NCBI GenBank assembly: GCA_002433895.1
Contig: DJJA01000003.1
Span: 175,788-239,787 of the forward strand
DNA: 64,000 nucleotides
Direction of reading: 5' to 3'
Origin: Candidatus Gottesmanbacteria bacterium UBA6580
Lineage (GTDB): Bacteria; Patescibacteriota; Microgenomatia; UBA10105; UBA927
The notes beneath the pieces were generated by a model. The model did not search any database, was not told the DNA's origin, and worked only from the letters and a program-made list of their open reading frames with translations. The position numbers and the translations under genes were made by a program. Shown here one piece after another: positions 27,853-34,957 of the stretch (positions within the stretch are counted from its first letter, which is position 1; each line of letters starts with the position of its first letter).

Positions 27853-27912
27853 GATTCGAACCTACAACCGTCTTCTTAACAGGAAGCTGCGCTACCGTTG
27901 CGCCACAGGGGA
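27841..27912 (-). tRNA. tRNA-Asn (anticodon GTT)
   Basis: Folded by eye. Acceptor TCCCCTG/CGGGGGA (one G-U), D-arm GCGC-AACGGTA-GCGC, anticodon loop CTGTTAA (GTT), T-arm GTAGG-TTCGAAT-CCTAC, discriminator G. CCA is not encoded. Confidence 0.75.
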
Positions 27913-27930
27913 ATGTGTTTCCTCTAAGTG

Positions 27931-27968
27931 CTACCTCCACCAGTTGGCGGAGCGCTCAGGGGAACGAT
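27931..27968. repeat. Hairpin repeat R1 (imperfect palindrome plus diverged tRNA-Asn 5'-end-like tail)
   Basis: R1 is ctacctccaccagttggcggagcgctcaggggaacgat; compare R2 at 28233-28270. It encodes the C-terminal RSPERSANWWR* of the GIY-YIG protein. Confidence 0.55.
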
Positions 27969-28212
27969 ATATTAATTTTTTAATATGCTCTCTTCCTCGA
28001 TAACTTTTAAGTTGTTTTTCTCTTTTGAGCGTCTCTTGTCTCGTGTTCACTTTTTCTTTATATATGAGTTTCCAGTCACCAGAAAACCTTGATGTATATG
28101 ATCCTTTAAACGTTTTAGAGTTGTGTAAACTTATCCGTTCCTCAATGTCTTCTGTTTGCCCGATATATATTTTATTATTCTCCCTATTATAGACAGCATA
28201 GACATAATACAT
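27931..28212 (-). CDS. GIY-YIG nuclease family protein (small UPF0213-like)
   Basis: MYYVYAVYNRENNKIYIGQTEDIEERISLHNSK...TRQETLKREKQLKSYRGREHIKKLI is the canonical short GIY-YIG protein. ORF 27931..28260; the true start is the ATG at 28212. The upstream extension is translation of the hairpin repeat. Confidence 0.75.
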   Translation of the reverse strand: MYYVYAVYNRENNKIYIGQTEDIEERISLHNSKTFKGSYTSRFSGDWKLIYKEKVNTRQETLKREKQLKSYRGREHIKKLIYRSPERSANWWR

Positions 28213-28232
28213 GGCTATATTATATCGCTGCG

Positions 28233-28270
28233 CTACCTCCGCCAGCTGGCGGAGCGCCACAGGGGAATGT
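28233..28270. repeat. Hairpin repeat R2 (perfect palindrome ctccgccAGCTggcggag) fused to an exact copy of the first 14 nt of tRNA-Asn plus 4 nt of 5' flank
   Basis: R2 is ctacctccgccagctggcggagcgccacaggggaatgt. The tail gcgccacaggggaatgt is identical to 27900-27916. Confidence 0.6.
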
Positions 28271-28319
28271 TAAGAACAAGGGCTATTATATCACGAAATT
28301 TGTTGTATACTGATGCTAT

Positions 28320-28625
28320 ATGTCAAAGAACCCATTTTTAAACGCGTTGGCAGCAAGCGCGTATATTACGTTTATTAGTGTCTTTATGACATGGGGTACC
28401 CATTTTGCACCCAAAGAAGACACGGTGGTTGCGCCAATTGCGATAATTTCTCTCTTTACACTTTCGGCGGCAGTGATGGGATATGTATTTTGCTATACAC
28501 CACTCATGCTCTATATGGACGGCAAGAAAAAAGCGGCAGCCAATTTGTTCCTGCAGACGGTTGGCGTATTTGCCGTACTTACCGGGGTGGCCATAACATT
28601 GATGTTTACGGGAGTTATCGGATAA
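28320..28625 (+). CDS. Small membrane protein (3 TM)
   Basis: 101-aa hydrophobic ORF, followed by a terminator. Confidence 0.4.
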   Translation: MSKNPFLNALAASAYITFISVFMTWGTHFAPKEDTVVAPIAIISLFTLSAAVMGYVFCYTPLMLYMDGKKKAAANLFLQTVGVFAVLTGVAITLMFTGVIG

Positions 28626-28723
28626 CTATGGTTTATCCTGTTACACAGGTAGCGTGTTGTTGTACCTCACTTATGGACGGGGAGGGCATGTCGTAGTGGC
28701 GTAAAAACATATACCGACATATC

Positions 28724-28750
28724 GAACCCCGCCAAAGCGGGGTTTTTTTG
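28724..28750 (+). terminator. Rho-independent terminator
   Basis: AACCCCGC-caaa-GCGGGGTT followed by TTTTTTT. Confidence 0.6.
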
Positions 28751-28786
28751 TGGCAAAAATTATGAATGAAAGGAGGTGGGTGATAT

Positions 28787-29023
28787 ATGGCACTGCAGGA
28801 TGAAATTGAGCGGTTAGTAAATCAGTACGGTGGTGTTGGGAAAGCGAACCAGCACGATCAGGAAAAGGTGCGGCAAATATTGGAACCGGTAGTCAGGGGC
28901 AGATCGAAAACACGTATCCGCGCGTGGCGAGACGGATTGTGGGCACGGAGTAGAGAGCACAATGACCGGTATGCCGATTTAGCGGAAGCGCTGGACAAAA
29001 TGGTTATACCGAGGCGGAAATAA
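28787..29023 (+). CDS. Hypothetical protein (78 aa)
   Basis: Strong RBS aaaggaggtgggtgatatATG. Charged helical protein. Confidence 0.45.
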   Translation: MALQDEIERLVNQYGGVGKANQHDQEKVRQILEPVVRGRSKTRIRAWRDGLWARSREHNDRYADLAEALDKMVIPRRK

Positions 29024-29032
29024 ATGGGGAGT

Positions 29033-29509
29033 TTATACCCATCTGCGGATGTGTTTGGTATAGGACTTATATGATTTACCAAACACTTTTGTCAGCATAT
29101 CTTCTTCAAACGGAATGATCAGAAGGCTGGTAAACGCAAAAAATATTACCGGCCCCACAAATGCCAATACGTTGGCAAATAGGAGCGCAGTACCTATGGA
29201 GATAAGCAGAAATCCGAGATAAATAGGGTTTCTGCTCCAGCTGTAGGGGCCGGTGGAAACCAGTTTGGATGGTTTGCCCCGGGGGTGTGTGGTGGTTTTG
29301 TTGCGCGTAAGTGTGCTGCCAGACCAGAGTACAAGAACTATTCCCGCGGGAACGAGGGCAAGCCCAAGGATATTAAAAGACGCATCGTTAAATGCAAGCC
29401 CGGGAAACATGCTGCTTACGAGATACGATATGGCTATGGCGACAAGAAGGAGAAGTGGTGGTGGTATGAACATGTATCTATCATGACACAGAAGAAGCCT
29501 TGCTCTCAA
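29033..29509 (-). CDS. Isoprenylcysteine carboxyl methyltransferase (ICMT)/phospholipid methyltransferase family membrane protein
   Basis: LVSTGPYSWSRNPIYLGFLLISIGTALLF ... EEDMLTKVFGKSYKSY is the ICMT signature. Confidence 0.7.
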   Translation of the reverse strand: MRARLLLCHDRYMFIPPPLLLLVAIAISYLVSSMFPGLAFNDASFNILGLALVPAGIVLVLWSGSTLTRNKTTTHPRGKPSKLVSTGPYSWSRNPIYLGFLLISIGTALLFANVLAFVGPVIFFAFTSLLIIPFEEDMLTKVFGKSYKSYTKHIRRWV

Positions 29510-29544
29510 GACACAAAAACGCCAATATAATAAGAGGTGAGCTC

Positions 29545-30708
29545 ATGAAAAAGAAACGTACTTCGAAATTTGACCCCGTCCATGTTGTGTGGGGTTTTGT
29601 GATTGTTGGTCTTGCCTGTTTTGCTATCGCCGCGGTGTGGCGGCTTGTGCAGGTGATGCCAAAAGAAAACGCGGCAGAACGGTTGCAGGGGAGTCTTGTG
29701 CGTCAAGGTAAGTGGTTTGTCAGAAACCAGACGGAGGAGGGGGACTTCGTGTACGAACGGATCTCTGCTACCGGTGAGGTGAAAGAAGGAAATAATATTG
29801 TCCGTCAGGCCGGCGCGCTGTATGGGTTAGGTCAGTTGTATGCACACACGAAAGATCCTGAAATTGCACGGACGCTGGAAAAAGGGCTCGCGTATTTCCG
29901 TGGACTTACCGCAACTATTAGCGCGGAGGCAAGCGCCATCACCCACAACGACGCAACCCAAACCAATACGACCGCGCTTCTGGTACTTGGTCTCGTTGAA
30001 TACATGGAGGCCGATGAAGCGTTGCAGACGACAGACAATTTAGAATATCTTGCGCGGTTATCTAATTATCTCGTATCCACCCAAACTTCAAGCGGTGCGT
30101 ATATCAACACGTATGTGCCGACACCAACTGAATCCGACTACAACAACGGTGAAACGATGTACGCCCTGATACGGAGCTACCGGTTGACGCGAAAACAGTC
30201 TTATTTGTTATCCGTTAAACGGATGGCAAATTACGCGATGTTCCATTACGGCAAGCTCGACTTTAACTCATCATTTTTTAGTTGGGGCATGGCGGGATTT
30301 GCGCATCTGTACCGGGTGGAACCGAATGAAAAATATTGGCAGTTTATGCAGGCGTACGCAGGGAAATATATGACAAGCAGGGGAAACGCGTATGACCAAT
30401 ATTTGTCAGGGAAAACCAAGGAGGCAATCGCCCCCCATGCTGCAGTATTTTTGGAAGGTGTGAGTCATATTGCCTGGATAGCAAAGGAAAAGGACGCGTC
30501 ACTCAGTCATACGCTCACCCGGCACACGCAGCGCGTGCTCCAGTTTCTCCTTACGTATGAGATTGGTGGCCCGTACGGGGCATTTTTGTCGGAAAATGAC
30601 GATGTCATCGGGGCGGTGTGCGCTACAATTGCGTGCGGGACAACACGCATAGATTTTTTGCAGCACAATATGTCTGCAATCATCCTCTATTTTAGATTTT
30701 TGCAGTAG
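29545..30708 (+). CDS. Membrane-anchored hypothetical protein (possible alpha/alpha-toroid fold)
   Basis: ORF 29500..30708; the likely start is MKKKRTSKF at 29545, preceded by RBS aagaggtga. One N-terminal TM. Repeated helical hairpin-like segments. No firm family. Confidence 0.4.
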   Translation: MKKKRTSKFDPVHVVWGFVIVGLACFAIAAVWRLVQVMPKENAAERLQGSLVRQGKWFVRNQTEEGDFVYERISATGEVKEGNNIVRQAGALYGLGQLYAHTKDPEIARTLEKGLAYFRGLTATISAEASAITHNDATQTNTTALLVLGLVEYMEADEALQTTDNLEYLARLSNYLVSTQTSSGAYINTYVPTPTESDYNNGETMYALIRSYRLTRKQSYLLSVKRMANYAMFHYGKLDFNSSFFSWGMAGFAHLYRVEPNEKYWQFMQAYAGKYMTSRGNAYDQYLSGKTKEAIAPHAAVFLEGVSHIAWIAKEKDASLSHTLTRHTQRVLQFLLTYEIGGPYGAFLSENDDVIGAVCATIACGTTRIDFLQHNMSAIILYFRFLQ

Positions 30709-31223
30709 TCGAGTGCTTCTTGACTTGCGGGATCAACAAGTAGTGTTGTTGCCTGCTCATATGATTTCCATCCGAATTGGGAAAATTCAATGGTGAGAAG
30801 TGTTGGGTTAGGAAGGAATACGTGTTCGTCAACCGGTATAAAGTGCCATAAGTCATAATGCCATTCACACGTTTGCCGCTCGGGGTGTTCGATTTCTGTG
30901 AGAGTAGCAAATTGTGGTGGGGCGACCGTGTCCGGGTCTAGCGTTATACCCCATTCTTCTTTCGCTTCGCGGATTACTGTCACCATTGGTGATTCGCCGG
31001 GGTCCATGTGTCCGCCATTGAAAAGCCAGAGTCCTGATTTTTTATGAAGGCCGATGAATACTTTGCGTGCTGCCGGGTCGTAGGCTGCAAAATACACACA
31101 GAGGTGAGATGTGGGATTTTCGCTTCGGGTCAGGTGTCCTTCCTCCAGGCGATTGAGGAACTTGAGCTTCACCACATCCTTGCCCGCAGCTTGTTGGACT
31201 AAGGTGATGAGATAGTCATTCAT
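30687..31223 (-). CDS. NUDIX hydrolase
   Basis: Nudix box GGHMDPGESPMVTVIREAKEEWGI. Confidence 0.75.
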   Translation of the reverse strand: MNDYLITLVQQAAGKDVVKLKFLNRLEEGHLTRSENPTSHLCVYFAAYDPAARKVFIGLHKKSGLWLFNGGHMDPGESPMVTVIREAKEEWGITLDPDTVAPPQFATLTEIEHPERQTCEWHYDLWHFIPVDEHVFLPNPTLLTIEFSQFGWKSYEQATTLLVDPASQEALDYCKNLK

Positions 31224-32152
31224 GTGATGGCAGTGAGTATGATTTGTTGTACTTTTTGACGTTTAATTGCCGGAGTGAAGTGACCATAAGGGAATGCTTT
31301 GAAGGAAACGCCTTTTTGGTTCCAAAACTTGCTCGCGTCGGAATACGGTACAATGTTGTCGTATATCCCTAGCACCGGGGTAATGCGTTTGGCGAGCGAT
31401 GGTTTGAGCGCCCTCGGTAGGTCAAAGCTCCGTAAATATGACGCGCGGGTTCGCAGCGTCCGCCAATTGCTAATGCCGTATTTATATGAGCTTCCCAAAA
31501 AAATTTTACCGACATTGGGGTACGCCGCCAGCGGCACATAGTAATCAGCAGAGCCAAAAAAGTATGCATGCATAGTGGTGATGATGCCGCCCATAGAAGC
31601 ACCGCTTATTACTATTTTTGTTTTGGAGTGCGCGCGATGATAATTAACGATCTCCTGTGCGGCAAGGGTAGAGCCCGCGAAAGTAAGCTGGTGGTGAAGA
31701 AATGTATCAACACACTCGCGTAAAAATTCATTTGTGGAGTTGTGTTTTTGTGCTTTAATGAGAAACACATTGCAGCGTGAAGCTATCCTGTCGCCCAGGA
31801 TTACATTAAAGGCAAATGCATGATTTGTTTCCCCTGAGGGATGATGGAAAACAACCGATGGCTTTGTGGGATCGAATGGGTGACGCAGATATATATGTGT
31901 ATGTCGTATTTCATTGGTATACGTGCAGGCAAGCTCCCAGTGAAGGGGTGTTTTTCGAATACGTTTTGTTTTTACATTGCGTAAAATTGTAGAGAACGCT
32001 GCCGGTGTGTATCCGGGTGGATCGTTGCGATAGTATTTGAGGGGGGTAACAAGTAGCGCAATTGCACGGAACGATCGGAATATCGATTCTAGGCTGTTAA
32101 GTAAAACCACCATAGCCCTACCGCTGTATAAGTTTTCCGTTTGCGTCGACAC
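31220..32152 (-). CDS. Alpha/beta-hydrolase-fold protein
   Basis: Nucleophile elbow ISGASMGG (GxSxG). It has a 4-nt overlap with the downstream NUDIX gene. Confidence 0.5.
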   Translation of the reverse strand: MSTQTENLYSGRAMVVLLNSLESIFRSFRAIALLVTPLKYYRNDPPGYTPAAFSTILRNVKTKRIRKTPLHWELACTYTNEIRHTHIYLRHPFDPTKPSVVFHHPSGETNHAFAFNVILGDRIASRCNVFLIKAQKHNSTNEFLRECVDTFLHHQLTFAGSTLAAQEIVNYHRAHSKTKIVISGASMGGIITTMHAYFFGSADYYVPLAAYPNVGKIFLGSSYKYGISNWRTLRTRASYLRSFDLPRALKPSLAKRITPVLGIYDNIVPYSDASKFWNQKGVSFKAFPYGHFTPAIKRQKVQQIILTAIT

Positions 32153-32582
32153 ACGCTTCGACCATGGATACGGGGAAATTGTACGGCGCTATTTTTTCAC
32201 AGGAGATAGTGCCGTTGCCGTCATCGACGATAATCCAACCGCCGGACTCTTTGTATGCCAGGAACCATCCACCACCCATTTCACCTTTGAATTTGGTTAC
32301 GCCCCAGGCATGCATTGCGGTTTTTTGGCTTACTTCGAGTTCTACATCCGAGGGCTGCTTTCCGTATTTGAGCGCCATGGCTTTACGGATGCTTTCGGTG
32401 TCATTAATGGCGGGAGGAGTGGTGGGTGAAGCGGTTGTGATTGTTTCCGGAGATATTTCCGGTGTTATCGCTGCCGTAGGCGTGGGCGTTGGCGATGTCG
32501 TCGGGAAGAATGTTTTTGCCTGACTACCGGCAATAAAAAGCGCAACACCGAGAAGAACAAAAAATCCGATTTTATAGAACAT
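32118..32582 (-). CDS. Secreted hypothetical protein
   Basis: Signal peptide and a Thr/Pro-rich linker (TTSPTPTPTAAITPEISPETITTASPTTPP). Confidence 0.4.
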   Translation of the reverse strand: MFYKIGFFVLLGVALFIAGSQAKTFFPTTSPTPTPTAAITPEISPETITTASPTTPPAINDTESIRKAMALKYGKQPSDVELEVSQKTAMHAWGVTKFKGEMGGGWFLAYKESGGWIIVDDGNGTISCEKIAPYNFPVSMVEACVDANGKLIQR

Positions 32583-32663
32583 AGACGATTATTTCTATCA
32601 TACTGCCAGCATGTTGCCTGTGTCTATATAACCGTCGATGAATGAGCGAAGAAAGGGGTGAAA

Positions 32664-33080
32664 TTATATTTTTATCCGGTAGCGCTTGATATTTGTTTTG
32701 CCGGATTTTAATTGCGTTTCTATAATAAGCGTGGCTTTCTGGATACCTCGATGCGGTGTGCACACTCCATGACTACAGGTGCCAAAGTAGAGGTCGCGGG
32801 AGTCAGTGACTCCTGATGGAACGAGAGAACCCATCGCTCCCTGTTCGATGCCGTTTGCGGTGTAGGAAAGCGTATAGGTGATACGCGATACATTCGTAAG
32901 ATTTACGAACGTGACCACAACACTATTGGTATTCCTGGAGAGCTTTGCTTTTGAATAACCACTCGTTACTGCCGAAGTGCTTTTGCTGCTCGTCGCGCGC
33001 ACCCGTGGCTTTGCGGCTTCAGCGTGGGGGGCAATTATTGTAAGCGATAGGGATACCAAGAAGAGTACAATAAACTTCAT
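32664..33080 (-). CDS. Secreted hypothetical protein
   Basis: Signal peptide MKFIVLFLVSLSLTIIAPHAEA. Beta-rich. Confidence 0.4.
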   Translation of the reverse strand: MKFIVLFLVSLSLTIIAPHAEAAKPRVRATSSKSTSAVTSGYSKAKLSRNTNSVVVTFVNLTNVSRITYTLSYTANGIEQGAMGSLVPSGVTDSRDLYFGTCSHGVCTPHRGIQKATLIIETQLKSGKTNIKRYRIKI

Positions 33081-33129
33081 AAAACGATTATAGCAAGAAA
33101 TATTGTTGCGTGATACACTTTGAGGTGAA

Positions 33130-33765
33130 ATGAAGCGGCCGATTGTTATTATAATTTTCGCAGGTCTACTGTTGGGACTTACTGGAGCGGGAGTGTATCT
33201 CTATTTTTCCCGAAACACATCAGATTCGCTTATCAGTCCTGGCGGTGAGCCGACGCCCACTATAGCGCCTACCTTAGCGTCGTGGGATGATGCCGCGGGA
33301 TTTACTATGCAATACCCCGAAGGGCTAACGGTAAATAAACACGACGAAGACAAAGTAAATTACGCACGTGTGGATTTAACGGACGCGGCACATCCCGGTG
33401 GGTTAACGGTGTGGGTCACCGATTTACCCAAGGGCGTGACGGATACCGTTTCCTGGGGTAAAAAAGCGGCAACGCCATCATCAGCGATTTCTTTTGATAC
33501 CACGTTGGGGGATCAGCCAGCGCAAAAAGTTTTAATCGCAGATACGCCAAAAAAGGTGTTAGTCGGAACAGTGTGGGATGGGGTGTTGTGGTATATCGAA
33601 GCAAATCTTGCTGATGAAACGTACTGGCAGCAGGTGTTTGATACGGTCACGAATTCATTTGCGTTTGTGCCATTGGCAGAGACGCCCGCGGGAAGTGATG
33701 CCGGTTCTGGTGCAGGGAGCGTCACCACAGAGCAGGCGTTTGATGAAGAAGAAGTCCTCGAGTAA
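33130..33765 (+). CDS. Membrane-anchored extracellular hypothetical protein
   Basis: N-terminal TM, RBS tgaggtgaa, acidic C-terminus. Confidence 0.4.
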   Translation: MKRPIVIIIFAGLLLGLTGAGVYLYFSRNTSDSLISPGGEPTPTIAPTLASWDDAAGFTMQYPEGLTVNKHDEDKVNYARVDLTDAAHPGGLTVWVTDLPKGVTDTVSWGKKAATPSSAISFDTTLGDQPAQKVLIADTPKKVLVGTVWDGVLWYIEANLADETYWQQVFDTVTNSFAFVPLAETPAGSDAGSGAGSVTTEQAFDEEEVLE

Positions 33766-33964
33766 CCCCGGTAAACAACAGGGAATAACTTCATTAACGG
33801 AGCCTAGTGAAGGCATAAAAGTGGAAACCACGCGATGCAGTATGGTATACTCACGTAGTCCTGGGAACAAAGTGGTGACAACGTCCAGTTCTGGAGAGTC
33901 TTCTTGTACGATTTCTCTTAGGCAGGGTGTCTCCTTCAAGACCTAAGGGGAAAGGAATTCTACT

Positions 33965-34231
33965 ATGGCAATCAATCTATTCGTAGGCAATTTGCCCTAC
34001 AACATGACGAACGATGATTTGGCGCAAACTTTTGCCCAAGCCGGAACCGTCGTGTCTGCAAAAGTCATTTCTGACAAATATTCCGGCCGCTCACGCGGTT
34101 TTGGATTTGTGGAAATGTCTTCCGATGAAGAGAGCAAGAAAGCGATCGAGATGTTCAACGGCAAGGATGTCAATGGACGCCCATTAGTCGTAAACGAAGC
34201 TCGACCACGTGAAGAAAGACCAAGAGAGTAA
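33965..34231 (+). CDS. RRM-type RNA-binding protein
   Basis: RNP-2 (LFVGNLPY) and RNP-1 (RGFGFVEM) motifs. 88 aa. A roughly 110-nt 5' UTR follows a TGgTATACT extended -10. Confidence 0.85.
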   Translation: MAINLFVGNLPYNMTNDDLAQTFAQAGTVVSAKVISDKYSGRSRGFGFVEMSSDEESKKAIEMFNGKDVNGRPLVVNEARPREERPRE

Positions 34232-34425
34232 CTTTTGATACGGATATTAACAATAATCCAGCCTCGAAAGAGGCTGGATTTTTTGGTGGATGGAGTGCTC
34301 CATTTGTCTCAAATACGGGTTTTTGTTACCATGTCGCTATAAATAGCATACATTCAGCACAAAGCGGTTTGCGAGTGCATAGCAAATAGTAACGAGATAA
34401 TTGTCCAAAAGGAGGTGAGACAAGC

Positions 34426-34902
34426 ATGAATAAAGTAGTCATTGGAGTTGCAGTAGTCGTAGTTGGTGGTGTTATCGGATGGTATTTTTTCCGTAATCAA
34501 CCGAAATTACCAGGAATGAAAATCGGTACCGAAAATATTACACCAGCGCCATCGGGAGCGTCCGGCGGCGATGTTGTTATCACCGAAGAACAAATAGGCG
34601 CGGGCAACCAAAAAGGCGGCGCTATAGGGGAAGTCGTTGTGGTTTACACCGATAGTGGCTACCAACCAAAAGAAATTACGGTAAAAAAAGGAACGAAAGT
34701 GACCTTTACCAACGAAAGCAGCGCCGGTATGTGGACAGCGTCAGGTCAGCACCCAACACACCAGCTGCTGCCCGGGTTTGATCAGCTCAAGAGTGTCAAT
34801 AAAGGCGGTTCATATGTATATACGTTTGAAAAAGTCGGAACGTGGAAATATCACAATCACGTTTCCCCTGAGGTTACTGGGACTGTAATCGTAAAAGAAT
34901 AA
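34426..34902 (+). CDS. Cupredoxin-like domain protein (membrane anchored)
   Basis: EITVKKGTKVTFTNES...WKYHNHVSPEVTGTVIV matches the plastocyanin/EfeO-like beta-sandwich pattern. Confidence 0.5.
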   Translation: MNKVVIGVAVVVVGGVIGWYFFRNQPKLPGMKIGTENITPAPSGASGGDVVITEEQIGAGNQKGGAIGEVVVVYTDSGYQPKEITVKKGTKVTFTNESSAGMWTASGQHPTHQLLPGFDQLKSVNKGGSYVYTFEKVGTWKYHNHVSPEVTGTVIVKE

Positions 34903-34926
34903 GAATGGATACAGTTGATGAATAAA

Positions 34927-34957
34927 AAGCCCTTGGATTCCAGGGGCTTTTTCGTTA
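34927..34957. terminator. Bidirectional terminator
   Basis: AAAAAGCCCTTGG-attc-CAGGGGCTTTTT. Confidence 0.55.

Noticed and set aside
33578-33946. ORFs 33578-33946 (+) and 33655-33939 (-) upstream of the RRM gene
   Set aside because: They mutually overlap on opposite strands across a promoter and leader region, have no RBS or domain, and are likely spurious.
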